Shown here piece after piece: positions 17,399-26,861 of a stretch of DNA of 64,000 nt. The stretch is from positions 1,919-65,918 of the forward strand of contig JANXWY010000096.1 of NCBI GenBank assembly GCA_025350905.1, written 5' to 3'. Position numbers and translations under genes: made by a program. How positions within the stretch are numbered: the first letter of the stretch is position 1; every line of letters begins with the position of its first letter. The notes beneath the pieces are model-generated. The model was not told the DNA's origin and did not search any database. It was given only the letters and a program-made list of their open reading frames with translations. This DNA comes from Verrucomicrobiota bacterium (lineage in GTDB: Bacteria; Verrucomicrobiota; Verrucomicrobiia; Limisphaerales; JADLHS01).

Positions 17399-19738
17399 AT
17401 GAAAAAACTCATCGCGAATGCCCTCTGGCTGCTCGGCGCCTTGCTCGGCGCCTGGGCCTACGGCACCCTGGCCTGGCATCGGGGCGAGCGCCTCAACTCG
17501 GTCTTCATTCTCGTCGCCGCGCTTTGCACCTACGTCATCGGCTATCGGTTTTATTCGAAATGGATCGCGGCCCGCGTCCTTGCGCTCGATGACCGCCGGG
17601 CGACTCCCTGCGAGGTCAAGGACGACGGCAAGGATTTCGTAAAGACGAACAAGTGGGTCGTGTTCGGCCATCACTTTGCGGCGATTTCGGGACCGGGCCC
17701 GCTCGTGGGCCCGGTGCTCGCGGCGCAATTCGGCTTTTTGCCCGGCACGCTCTGGATTCTGATCGGCGTGGTCCTGGGCGGCGCGGTGCAGGACTTCGTG
17801 ATTTTATTCGCCTCGATGCGGCGGGGCGGGAAATCGCTGGGGCAAATGGTCAAGGAGGAATTGAATACCATGGCCGGTGCGATCGCGCTGGTGGCCATTC
17901 TCGCGATCATGATCATTTTGCTCGCCGTCCTCGCCCTCGTCGTCGTCAAGGCGCTGGCGGAGAGTCCTTGGGGGGTCTTCACCGTGGGGGCGACGATTCC
18001 CATCGCCATGTTCATGGGTGGTTACCTGCGCTTCTGGCGCGTGGGTAAAGTGCTGGAAGCGTCGGCCATCGGGGTGGTGCTGCTGTTGCTCGCGGTCTGG
18101 GGGGGGAAGCTGGTTTATGAGAGTCCGCAGTGGGCGGCGGCCCTCGGCCTGAAGGACATCACCCTGGCGTGGGCGATCATCCTGTATGGACTCGCGGCTA
18201 GCGTGCTGCCCGTGTGGCTGCTGCTCGCGCCGCGTGATTATCTCAGCACGTTCATGAAGCTGGGGACCATCTTCGCACTGGCGGCGGGAATTTTTCTCGT
18301 GCTCCCGGATTTGCAGATGCCCGCCTTGACAAAATTCGCGGACGGTTCGGGTCTGGTCGTGGCCGGAAAACTTTTCCCGTTCTGCTTCATCACGATTGCC
18401 TGCGGCGCCATCTCGGGCTTTCACACGCTCATCGCCAGCGGCACTACCCCCAAGCTCATCACGCGGGAGAGTTACGCCCGGCCCATCGGCTACGGCGCGA
18501 TGTGCCTCGAATCGTTGGTGGCCATCATGGCCATCGTCGCCGCCTGCACGATGGAGCCGGGCATGTATTTTGCAATGAACGTAAAGGGAGAAGCCGCGGT
18601 GACGGCGGCGAAGGTCACCGCGCTCGGTTACCCGGTAACGGTCGAGCACATGGCGGCGCTCGCGAGCAACATGGGCGAACATTCCTTATTCGGTCGCACC
18701 GGCGGGGCGGCGACTCTGGCGGTGGGCATGGCGCAGATTTTTTCCAAAGTTGTGAGCGGACGCTGGCTCGACCTCTGGTATCACTTTGCCATCATGTTCG
18801 AGGCGTTGTTCATTTTAACGACCCTCGACGCGGGGACACGGGTGGGCCGTTACATCCTCCAGGATTTTCTCGGCAACCTGTGGAAACCGCTCGGCGACAC
18901 GAAAGCCGTCGGGCCAAATCTGCTGGCGAGCGGACTGATGGTGGCCGGCTGGGGCACGTTTCTAATTGAAGGCGTCCGCGATCCGCTGGGAGGGATCAAC
19001 TCGCTCTGGCCGTTGTTTGGCATCGCAAACCAGATGCTCTCCGCCATCGCGCTGTGCCTGGCGACAACCATTCTGTTGAAGATGGCCCTGAAGGAGGAGC
19101 CGAGGGTCGAGGGTCGAGGGTCGAGGGCAAAGCCGGCACTGGCGCTCATCACGCTCGTGCCGTTGGTGTGGCTGCTGGCAGTCACGTTTACAGCAGGCGT
19201 GCAGAAAATTTGGCATCCCGATCCACGCATCGGATTTTTGGCGCAGATAAAATCCCTGAAGGAAAAAATCAACAATCCCGGTACCACCGTGCAGATGGCC
19301 GACCCGAAATGGCTGGTCGAGCAATCCGCGTTGACCCGGACCTGGAAGACACAACAATTCAACAACCGCCTGGATGTCTTCGTTGCCGGCGCTTTTCTGG
19401 TCATGGTGTCGGCCATTGTGCTGTTAAGCCTGCGCGAATGGTATCTCCTGCTCACCCGGCGCCAGCCGGCGGTGTTGCACGAGAATGCGCCGGTCTGGCT
19501 GCCAGATTACGCGTTGGACGAAGGCGGGAAAAAGTTTCGGGGCGTCGCGGGCACCGCCGCCTTGACGCTGGCACTGGCCAAGGAACTTTCCGGTGAGACG
19601 CAGCTTGAACGGGCCCAGGTGGCGCAGTCCGAGGAGTGCAGATGCGATCACCACGCCAATGTGCCTGCTAAAGCGGCTTCGGAACTTTACGTCGAAACCA
19701 CCGAACAACGATTCAACGGCATCCGCCGTTGCTGCTGA
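17399..19738 (+). CDS. cstA: Carbon starvation protein CstA (peptide/pyruvate transporter family)
   Basis: ATG at 17399 ('MKKLIANALWLLG'). CstA signature strings 'WVVFGHHFAAISGPGPLVGPVLAAQFG', 'CGAISGFHTLIASGTTPK', 'LWPLFGIANQMLS'. Multi-TM. Confidence 0.9.
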   Translation: MKKLIANALWLLGALLGAWAYGTLAWHRGERLNSVFILVAALCTYVIGYRFYSKWIAARVLALDDRRATPCEVKDDGKDFVKTNKWVVFGHHFAAISGPGPLVGPVLAAQFGFLPGTLWILIGVVLGGAVQDFVILFASMRRGGKSLGQMVKEELNTMAGAIALVAILAIMIILLAVLALVVVKALAESPWGVFTVGATIPIAMFMGGYLRFWRVGKVLEASAIGVVLLLLAVWGGKLVYESPQWAAALGLKDITLAWAIILYGLAASVLPVWLLLAPRDYLSTFMKLGTIFALAAGIFLVLPDLQMPALTKFADGSGLVVAGKLFPFCFITIACGAISGFHTLIASGTTPKLITRESYARPIGYGAMCLESLVAIMAIVAACTMEPGMYFAMNVKGEAAVTAAKVTALGYPVTVEHMAALASNMGEHSLFGRTGGAATLAVGMAQIFSKVVSGRWLDLWYHFAIMFEALFILTTLDAGTRVGRYILQDFLGNLWKPLGDTKAVGPNLLASGLMVAGWGTFLIEGVRDPLGGINSLWPLFGIANQMLSAIALCLATTILLKMALKEEPRVEGRGSRAKPALALITLVPLVWLLAVTFTAGVQKIWHPDPRIGFLAQIKSLKEKINNPGTTVQMADPKWLVEQSALTRTWKTQQFNNRLDVFVAGAFLVMVSAIVLLSLREWYLLLTRRQPAVLHENAPVWLPDYALDEGGKKFRGVAGTAALTLALAKELSGETQLERAQVAQSEECRCDHHANVPAKAASELYVETTEQRFNGIRRCC
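19101..19128. repeat. Heptanucleotide tandem repeat (cgagggt x3 + cgagggc) inside cstA
   Basis: Read directly from the sequence; translated as 'RVEGRGSR' in a loop where E. coli-type CstA is shorter (comparison from memory). Confidence 0.85.
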
Positions 19739-19739
19739 C

Positions 19740-21029
19740 ATGAATCTGAATTTCATTCCAATGACCGGAGCTTTGCTCCTAGCCGGCGTCACCTCGACCC
19801 TCTCCCAACCCGCGAAGGCAAACTACGACGAGGCGAAAGTTCCGGCGTATACCCTGCCCGACCCGCTGGTTTGCACCGACGGCATGGCCGTCACGAATGC
19901 GAGGGCGTGGCGGGAGAAACGGCGCCCGGAACTGATTCGATTGTTTGAGGAACAAGTTTACGGTCGTGCGCCCGGCCGGCCCAGTGCCATGCGGTTCGAT
20001 ACCCTGTCGGTGACGACGAACGCTTTCGGCGGGCTGGCCACGCGCAAGGAAGTCGCCATCTGGTTCACGGGCCAGACGGAGGGACCGAGCATGATCCTCC
20101 TGTGCTATCTGCCGAACGCGGCAAAAAAGCCCACGCCCGCGTTTCTCGGCTTTAGTTTCAACGGCAACCACGCCGTGAGCACCGAGCCTGAGGTCCGGCT
20201 TTCGGATCGCTGGATGGTCAGCGAACGCAGCAGTTGCATCGTCAGCAACCACGCGACCGCCGCGTGTCGAGGCATCGAGGCGGCCCGCTGGCCGGTGGAG
20301 AAAATCCTGACGCGCGGTTACGCCCTGGCGACGGCGTATTACGGCGACCTGGAACCCGACTTCGCCGAGGGCTGGAAACAGGGGGTACGGGCGGCGCTAA
20401 GTCCGGCGGGCACGAACACGATTTTCCAACCGGAGGAATGGGGCGCGCTCAGCGCGTGGGCCTGGGGCCTGAGCCGGGCCCTCGATTATCTGGAGACGGA
20501 GCCCCGGGTGGACGCGAAAAATGTTGCGTTGCTCGGACATTCGCGGCTCGGCAAGACCGCGCTGTGGGCGGGTGCGCGGGATGAGCGTTTCGCCATCGTC
20601 ATTTCCAATGATTCCGGCGAGGGCGGCGCCACCTTGGCGCGCCGGTGCTTCGGTGAACGCACGGCAAATCTGAACCGCGCGTTTCCCCATTGGTTCTGCG
20701 GCAACTTCAAAAAATATTCCGACCACGAAGACCGCTTGCCGGTGGACCAACACGAATTGATCGCGCTGGTCGCGCCGCGACCGGTTTACGTCGCCAGCGC
20801 GACCGAGGATCTTTGGGCGGATCCCCGCGGAGAATTTCTGGCGGCGCAGGGAGCAGAGCCGGTTTACCAACTGTTCGACCGCCCCGGCCTGGGCGTGGAC
20901 ACGCAACCCGCCGCCGACCGCCCCGTGGGCGATTTCATCGGCTACCATCTGCGCACCGGCAAGCACGACACCACAGATTACGATTGGGAGCAGTATTTGA
21001 ATTTTGCGGACCGGCATTTCCATCGGTGA
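19740..21029 (+). CDS. Carbohydrate esterase family 15-like glucuronoyl esterase
   Basis: ATG at 19740, 1 nt after the cstA stop. Signal peptide; 'YDEAKVPAYTLPDPL', catalytic 'GHSRLGKTALWAGARDERFA', 'DQHELIALVAPRPVYV'. Confidence 0.7.
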   Translation: MNLNFIPMTGALLLAGVTSTLSQPAKANYDEAKVPAYTLPDPLVCTDGMAVTNARAWREKRRPELIRLFEEQVYGRAPGRPSAMRFDTLSVTTNAFGGLATRKEVAIWFTGQTEGPSMILLCYLPNAAKKPTPAFLGFSFNGNHAVSTEPEVRLSDRWMVSERSSCIVSNHATAACRGIEAARWPVEKILTRGYALATAYYGDLEPDFAEGWKQGVRAALSPAGTNTIFQPEEWGALSAWAWGLSRALDYLETEPRVDAKNVALLGHSRLGKTALWAGARDERFAIVISNDSGEGGATLARRCFGERTANLNRAFPHWFCGNFKKYSDHEDRLPVDQHELIALVAPRPVYVASATEDLWADPRGEFLAAQGAEPVYQLFDRPGLGVDTQPAADRPVGDFIGYHLRTGKHDTTDYDWEQYLNFADRHFHR

Positions 21030-21052
21030 ACCGCTTCGTTACTCTGGCGGCG

Positions 21053-21628
21053 ATGCAACGCATTGGACTATTTGGCGGATCGTTTGACCCGGTGCATGCC
21101 GGTCATCTCCTGTTGGCGCAGGCGGCCCTGGAGGAGTTGAGCTTGACCCGGTTGTTTTTTGTCCTCGCGGCGCAATCGCCTTTCAAGACCGACAATCAAT
21201 TCGCGCCCGCCGCCGCCCGGATGCAATTGCTAAGGCTGGCCCTGGCCGGCCAAGCCAACTGTGAAGTGGATGACCAGGAGATCCGGCGGGGCGGCGTTTC
21301 CTTCACGATCGACACGGTCCGTGACTATGCGCGGCGTTTTTCCGACGCCCAATTGTATTACCTCGTCGGGGCGGACAACGTGGCGAGCCTGCCGAAGTGG
21401 CGTGAAGCGGGCGAACTGGCAAGACTCGCGGAGTTTGCGGTCATACCCCGCCCCGGAGAGGCGCCGACCCCGCTGCCCCTGCCGTTTCGCGGACCGACAC
21501 TAAAAGGGTTTCCGTTTGGCGTCTCCGCGTCGCAAATCCGGGCCCGCGTGAAGGCGGGACTCGCGATCGACCACCTGGTGCCCGCGGCGGTCGCCGAGGC
21601 CATCGGTAACAATCGGCTTTATCTTTGA
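21053..21628 (+). CDS. nadD: Nicotinate-nucleotide adenylyltransferase
   Basis: 'GLFGGSFDPVHAGHL' and 'VSASQIRARV' motifs. ATG at 21053; the longer track ORF is Arg/Pro-rich junk overlapping the esterase gene. Confidence 0.9.
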   Translation: MQRIGLFGGSFDPVHAGHLLLAQAALEELSLTRLFFVLAAQSPFKTDNQFAPAAARMQLLRLALAGQANCEVDDQEIRRGGVSFTIDTVRDYARRFSDAQLYYLVGADNVASLPKWREAGELARLAEFAVIPRPGEAPTPLPLPFRGPTLKGFPFGVSASQIRARVKAGLAIDHLVPAAVAEAIGNNRLYL

Positions 21629-21654
21629 TCGATTTTGCGACAAGTTCCCCGGCG

Positions 21655-22020
21655 ATGGATTCAAAAAAGCTGGCCCTGCTCTGCCGCGAGTTCGCGGACA
21701 ACCGAAAAGCGGAAGATATCGTGGTCCTCGATGTACGTAAGCTTTCGAGTGTGACGGATTATTTCGTGATCGCTTCGGGCACGAGCGAGCCGCATTTGCG
21801 CGCGATCGTGAATGAGATCACCGACGAGCTCCGCGCTGAGCACGAAATCCGCCCGCGCGTGGTGGACGGTACGATGCAGGGCGCGTGGGTGGTGCTGGAT
21901 TTCTTTGATGTGATCGTTCACGTCATGCGCGCCGAGGCGCGTGCGCGCTACGATCTGGAGGGATTGTGGGGCGATGCCCCCAAAGTAAAGCCGCGCAGCG
22001 CCAAAGCCGTGAAACGCTAA
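21655..22020 (+). CDS. rsfS: Ribosome silencing factor RsfS
   Basis: 'AEDIVVLDVRKLSSVTDYFVIASGTSEPHLRAI', 'WVVLDFFDVIVHVM'. Conserved nadD-rsfS order. Track start 21625 is TTG; the ATG is at 21655. Confidence 0.85.
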   Translation: MDSKKLALLCREFADNRKAEDIVVLDVRKLSSVTDYFVIASGTSEPHLRAIVNEITDELRAEHEIRPRVVDGTMQGAWVVLDFFDVIVHVMRAEARARYDLEGLWGDAPKVKPRSAKAVKR

Positions 22021-22130
22021 ATCCACCGGCAGGTAACAGCCATTAACGCGCACAGGAGATTACGAATTAAAGTTTAAAGTAACGGCGCGAACCTTTGGGG
22101 AATGACCGACCATTTCCCAAACCGTAATTT

Positions 22131-23258
22131 TTAGCAGCGAGGTGGCAGATTTCGGTTAAGGACTGGCGGTCCAGCTTTTCGCTCGAGCCAGTCTGCCGCT
22201 TGGGGAAGAATGGTGCTCCAATTAAATTCTGCGGCCCGCCGCCAGGCATTCAGACGGTACCGGTCGTATCTTTCTGGATCGCGCAAGAGGGACTCCAATT
22301 GCCGAACGATCGCTTCCGGGGTCTCCGCTTCGACCACCAGTCCGGTCACGCCGTTGACCGTAGAATCAACGAGTCCCCCGACGGGATAAACAATCGCTGG
22401 AGTGCCCATGGCGTTGGCCTCAATCACATTGAGTCCCCAGCCCTCGCGAATGGAAGTGTGAAGCAACAGGTGGGCCTCGCGCAGTTCAGCGTTCTTTTGC
22501 GCTTCGCTCACCTCGCCGGTAAACCGGACGTGATCCATTAAGTTCAATTGTCGACACAAGTCAAGCAAAGCGGGCTTCGCTTCGCCACGGCCCACGATGG
22601 TGAGCTTTGCGTCTATTCCGCGGTCGAGCAGCAGTCGCAGGACGCGAATGGCATGATCCACCCGTTTATTGCCCGCCAATCGGGACACGGCCACTAATCT
22701 GAGCGGAACGCGGAATGGTTTGGGGCTCAGCCCGGCCAACGGGACCGTGTCACAGCCATTGGGAATTACCTTCACCTCTTGGACGCCCAAAGCACCCAGT
22801 GCGGCGGCCGTAGATTGAGACGGAGTCATGAAGGGCACCCTTCGATACGCTCGCAATGTGAGGCGCTCTTGAAGTTGACCAATCCGCGAAAGCGGCCAGC
22901 GATAGAATACACTCCAAATTGGCCCGAGCACTTCGTGAATATAAGCCACGCAGGGCGTGCGGCCCCACATGGGAGCATACCAAGGCAGGCCGTGGTGCTG
23001 ATCAATGACCAGATCGAAACGGGGCTGGCGACGATACCATTGGATGGCATTGAAAATGGAAGTGCCGTTCCCACCCGCGCGGAGGTAGCGGATGCCGTCC
23101 ACGATTTCCTCCTCCGCGGCCCCAGCGTAGGCATGCGTGAACCAACAGACCTCGTGCCCGCGTTGCACTAGGGCCGCCAGAAAAGCTTGGGTCACGCGCT
23201 CCGCTCCCCCGGCCAGCGGATTCTTCGGGTCGCGCCAGTTAAGCATCAGGAAACGCAT
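22131..23258 (-). CDS. Glycosyltransferase family 4 (GT-B)
   Basis: 'GGAERV', 'HTSIREGWGLNVIEANAMGTPAIV' (EX7E-type motif). Confidence 0.8.
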   Translation of the reverse strand: MRFLMLNWRDPKNPLAGGAERVTQAFLAALVQRGHEVCWFTHAYAGAAEEEIVDGIRYLRAGGNGTSIFNAIQWYRRQPRFDLVIDQHHGLPWYAPMWGRTPCVAYIHEVLGPIWSVFYRWPLSRIGQLQERLTLRAYRRVPFMTPSQSTAAALGALGVQEVKVIPNGCDTVPLAGLSPKPFRVPLRLVAVSRLAGNKRVDHAIRVLRLLLDRGIDAKLTIVGRGEAKPALLDLCRQLNLMDHVRFTGEVSEAQKNAELREAHLLLHTSIREGWGLNVIEANAMGTPAIVYPVGGLVDSTVNGVTGLVVEAETPEAIVRQLESLLRDPERYDRYRLNAWRRAAEFNWSTILPQAADWLERKAGPPVLNRNLPPRC

Positions 23259-23303
23259 GTCAGGGAACGATGGGGTGTGCCTGGCCCCGCTGGCTCGCGG
23301 GAT

Positions 23304-23789
23304 TCATAGCTGCGAGATTTTTTCAAGCAGGGCGGTTGTCGATTTTCCCGGTACGAACGGGAGGATGACCATCCGGCCGCCCCCCTGTTCCACCGCTCGC
23401 CGCTCGTCCTGATTGACGGTGGCCAAGGTGTAATCGCCACCCTTTACGTAAATGTCCGGTTGCGCCGATGCGAGGAAGCGCGTCGCGGTCTGGTCGGTGA
23501 AGATACAGGTCCCGTCCACGCTTTGCAGCGCGGCGAGCACAGCGGCGCGGTCGGCCTCGGCATTAACCGGTCGCGTATCGCCTTTCAACTGCCGCACGGA
23601 AGCATCGCCGTTCACACCGATGAGCAGGGCGTCGCCGAGTTGGCGGGCCGCTTCGAGATAAATCACATGCCCGAGGTGGAGCAGATCAAAGCAACCGTTA
23701 GTGACGACCAGCCGCTTCCCTTCCGCGCGCCTGGCCGACCGCCACGCGGGCAAATGTTCCCACGCTACAATTTTGTCCCGGAAATTCAC
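23304..23789 (-). CDS. D-glycero-beta-D-manno-heptose 1-phosphate adenylyltransferase (RfaE domain II / HldC-like)
   Basis: 'LVVTNGCFDLLHLGHVIYLEAAR', 'RPVNAEADRAAVLAALQSVD', 'PDIYVKGGDY'. Track start 23825 is TTG; GTG at 23789 gives the usual ~160-aa length. Confidence 0.8.
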   Translation of the reverse strand: MNFRDKIVAWEHLPAWRSARRAEGKRLVVTNGCFDLLHLGHVIYLEAARQLGDALLIGVNGDASVRQLKGDTRPVNAEADRAAVLAALQSVDGTCIFTDQTATRFLASAQPDIYVKGGDYTLATVNQDERRAVEQGGGRMVILPFVPGKSTTALLEKISQL

Positions 23790-23869
23790 AGCGCAATTCT
23801 GACCGAAGCCATTTCGCCTTGGCAACGAGATTCAAGACCGAGGGCGGCGATTTCCGGTCGTCCACGAAG

Positions 23870-24589
23870 CTAATCGGCTTTCACGCCGTAATTGATGCTC
23901 ATGGCGCCGCCCAGGAAGTTTTCGACGCGCACCTGGCTCAATCCCAAGTTACGCATACTGACCTCGACGCCCCGCTGCGCCGGGTAATGGCGGAGTGATT
24001 CCAGAATATAGGCGTACGCGCTGGCGTTCCGGCAAGCGACCAGGCCCAGCAGCGGTACGACCAAGCGCAGGTAGCCAAAGTAAACCGCGCGCCACTGGGG
24101 GTTGTCCGGCTTGCCGAAATCCAACACCAACAAGCGCGCACCAGGCTTCGCCACCCGCACCATTTCGCGCAGGCCCATTTCCCAACTGACCAGGTTGCGC
24201 AGGCCATAACCCACCGTAACAATGTCGAACTGCGCATCCGGAAACGGCAGCCGCATCGCATCGCCCTCGAGGAACCGGGGTGCGTTCGAACCGAAAGCAG
24301 CGGCCTTTCGGCCCGCGACGGCCAGCATGGGCGCGTTGAAATCCAAGCCCACCACTTCTGCCCCTCCCGCCGCGAGGCCGAACGCGATGTCGCCCGTACC
24401 GCAGCACACATCCAAGGCGCGCTCGCCGGGTTGCGGGGCGGCACCGGCGACGACACGACGTTTCCAGCGCCGGTGCTGGCCAAGACTTTGCAAGTCGTTG
24501 AGGAGGTCGTAACGCGGGGCGATGGTGGCGAATAATTCATTCACCTTGCCGGCGCGCTGTTCGCCTGGACTGAAAAACTCGTTCCCCAT
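23870..24589 (-). CDS. ubiE: Demethylmenaquinone/ubiquinone methyltransferase UbiE/MenG
   Basis: 'VNELFATIAPRYDLLNDLQSLGQHRRWKR', SAM motif 'LDVCCGTGD', 'GFGLRNL-like YGLRNL'. ATG at 24589 (track start 24598 is TTG). Confidence 0.9.
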   Translation of the reverse strand: MGNEFFSPGEQRAGKVNELFATIAPRYDLLNDLQSLGQHRRWKRRVVAGAAPQPGERALDVCCGTGDIAFGLAAGGAEVVGLDFNAPMLAVAGRKAAAFGSNAPRFLEGDAMRLPFPDAQFDIVTVGYGLRNLVSWEMGLREMVRVAKPGARLLVLDFGKPDNPQWRAVYFGYLRLVVPLLGLVACRNASAYAYILESLRHYPAQRGVEVSMRNLGLSQVRVENFLGGAMSINYGVKAD

Positions 24590-24760
24590 GTAGGACAAAA
24601 CCGTCCCGATTTTGAGCAGCTAGCGCGGAGGAGGCGAATAAATTCGTTCGCGGGTGCGGCGCACGGGCGGTTGACGCCGTGGTGACAGGCTTGGGAGTGG
24701 CCCTTGGTTTGATTGTTGCTAGAAAAGCTGGGTCGATGGTTGGGAACGAGCAGGCTTAAC

Positions 24761-25165
24761 ATGAACAAAAAGAAAATTTTGATTGTAGATGACGATGCCG
24801 TCGTTACGAAATCGCTTTCCATCAAGCTTGGCGCCCTTGGCCTTGATGTCGTCACGGCCACGGACGGCGCGACCGCCGTCAATGCGGTACGCCGGCACCG
24901 ACCGGATCTGATCCTGCTCGACATTACCTTTCCTTCGGACATGGACGGTGTGCCTTGGGATGGCTTTCTCATCATGCAATGGTTGAAGCGGGTGGAGGAG
25001 GCGGCGAACGTTCCCATCATTGTTATTAGCGGAGGATGTCCTGAGGTTTATGCCAATCAGGCCCGCGAGGCAGGGGCGGCGGCATTTTTCCGCAAACCGA
25101 TCAGTCATGATGTGCTGTTTGGTCTGATTCGCCGAATGCTGAATTTGGAACCAATGACTGTCTGA
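24761..25165 (+). CDS. Single-domain response regulator (receiver only), paralog 1
   Basis: 'KILIVDDD', phospho-Asp context 'PDLILLDITFP', 'RKP' lysine. ATG at 24761. Confidence 0.85.
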   Translation: MNKKKILIVDDDAVVTKSLSIKLGALGLDVVTATDGATAVNAVRRHRPDLILLDITFPSDMDGVPWDGFLIMQWLKRVEEAANVPIIVISGGCPEVYANQAREAGAAAFFRKPISHDVLFGLIRRMLNLEPMTV

Positions 25166-25243
25166 CGGCCGCGGTGAACCCGTTGATGTCCGATGCGGAA
25201 TTCCCGCCCTCCAAATATCCCGTGACCGGGCAGTCAGCCAAAC

Positions 25244-25672
25244 ATGAACAAAAAGAAAATTCTAGTGGTGGATGACGATGCGGTCGTGGTCCGAGGACTT
25301 TCCATCAAACTCAAGGCGAACGGTTTTGAGGTCCTCACCGCTGCGGACGGCGCCGAATGTGTCGCGGCGGTACGCACGCAAAGACCCGATCTCATTCTGC
25401 TCGACATCACTTTCCCGGTCGATGTGAACAGTGTGTCTTGGGATGGCTTTCGCATCATGGAATGGTTGAAACACTTGGAAGCGGCGGCGAACATTCCCGT
25501 GGTCGTCATTTCTGCCGGCAACAGCGAGATCTACCGGAGCCAGGCCAAAGCGGCTGGCGCGGTCGCGTTTTTCCATAAACCTATCAGTCACGAAGATCTT
25601 TTCGGATATATCCGCCGCAAATTAAATGTGAAGAGCCCGGTCGCCGGCCGATCCAATCGCGTACGATCATGA
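25244..25672 (+). CDS. Single-domain response regulator (receiver only), paralog 2
   Basis: Same architecture and the same first 18 nt (atgaacaaaaagaaaatt) as the upstream paralog. 'KILVVDDD', 'PDLILLDITFP'. Confidence 0.85.
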   Translation: MNKKKILVVDDDAVVVRGLSIKLKANGFEVLTAADGAECVAAVRTQRPDLILLDITFPVDVNSVSWDGFRIMEWLKHLEAAANIPVVVISAGNSEIYRSQAKAAGAVAFFHKPISHEDLFGYIRRKLNVKSPVAGRSNRVRS

Positions 25673-25923
25673 CCCTGCCGAGCGAACCAGTGACGCTATC
25701 CGTCGGTCAGATTGACCAGTTGAATCAACAACTCTCCAAATTACGTCACGACATCAATAATCACCTCTCCCTGATGCTGGCCGCCGTCGAAGTCATCCGC
25801 CGCAAGCCTGAAGCCGCCGAGCGCATGAGCGCGACCTTTGAAGCGCAACCGCGCAAAGTCACCGAAGCGATGCTTCAATTCTCGACGGAGTTTGAAAAAA
25901 GCTTCGACATCCGCAAAGCCTAA
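25669..25923 (+). CDS. Small stand-alone DHp/H-box-like helical protein (putative phosphotransfer or phosphatase partner)
   Basis: ATGA overlap with the upstream receiver gene. 'LSKLRHDINNHLSLMLAAVEVI' resembles the HisKA H-box (AHDFNNLL type). 84 aa, no ATPase domain. Confidence 0.55.
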   Translation: MTLPSEPVTLSVGQIDQLNQQLSKLRHDINNHLSLMLAAVEVIRRKPEAAERMSATFEAQPRKVTEAMLQFSTEFEKSFDIRKA

Positions 25924-26246
25924 CGCTCGTTAAGGTTTCGCGACCCTTCACCGTTTTCTGTCTTTGGTGAGTTGTAACCGAACCATGCCCCACGCCGTCC
26001 TTCCCCTCAATGAACCGCTGGGCCAAACGCCCCGGAGAGTGAGCTGCAATTTTTGAAAAGAAAAATTCTATGGTCAAAATAGCTTTCACCTTCGCCGCCG
26101 CCACGTTACGCCTCGGCTGGCTGCCAGGGCTCAACCCAAATCCGTAATGCAATAGGATGGATTGGGAAGCGATCTCTGCGCCGCCGCCACAAGGTGGGGT
26201 GGCTTTTGCCATTGAGCCGGAAAATCCATCTGGCATAGTCGTACCC

Positions 26247-26822
26247 ATGGAACGGACTGAGGCGGAGTTGATCGCGGCCGCCCTCAAAGGCGACCCCGCG
26301 AGCTTCGAGCCGTTGGTGCAAAAGTACTCCCCCCGCGTCTTTGCCACCGCCCGGCGCTACGCCCGTTTGGAACGCGAGGTCGAAGACATCGCGCAAGAGG
26401 TTTGGGTCAAAGCTTTTCAAAAGCTGGGTAGCTTCCGCGGGGAGGCCCCGTTTGAGCATTGGTTGATGCGCCTCGCCGTGCGGACCTGCTACGATTTTCT
26501 CCGCGCCCACCAACGCAATCGCGAATCGGCCTTCTCCGAACTCTCAGAGCCTGAGGACGATTGGCTGGAGCGGTTCGCCGCCGCGCCCGACTCTGTCAAC
26601 GAACAGGCGGACGCAGCGAAGCAACTCGTCGAGCGCGTCCTCGCGCAGATGTCGCCTCCCGGCCGGCTCATTATCACGCTGCTGGAAATCGAGGATCGCA
26701 GCGTAAAAGAGATCGCCCAGCTTACCGGCTGGTCGGTGCCGCTGGTCAAAGTCCGGGCTTATCGCGCCCGCGCGGAAATGCGAAAAATCCTCGCCCACAT
26801 TGCTAAGGACAAGTATCTGTAA
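26247..26822 (+). CDS. ECF-type RNA polymerase sigma-70 family factor
   Basis: Region 2 'DIAQEVWVKAFQKL', region 4 HTH 'SVKEIAQLTGWSVPLVKVRAYRARAEMRKIL'. ATG at 26247. Confidence 0.85.
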   Translation: MERTEAELIAAALKGDPASFEPLVQKYSPRVFATARRYARLEREVEDIAQEVWVKAFQKLGSFRGEAPFEHWLMRLAVRTCYDFLRAHQRNRESAFSELSEPEDDWLERFAAAPDSVNEQADAAKQLVERVLAQMSPPGRLIITLLEIEDRSVKEIAQLTGWSVPLVKVRAYRARAEMRKILAHIAKDKYL

Positions 26823-26861
26823 CCCGAAAGTGCCCGCGCTCGTCTGGCTTAATTGTTCATC

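Noticed and set aside
26217-26243. ECF-promoter-like string ggaaaa-N17-cgta just upstream of the sigma factor start
   Set aside because: It ends only ~4 nt before the chosen ATG, too close for a conventional promoter unless the mRNA is leaderless, and the match to GGAAC/CGT is loose.
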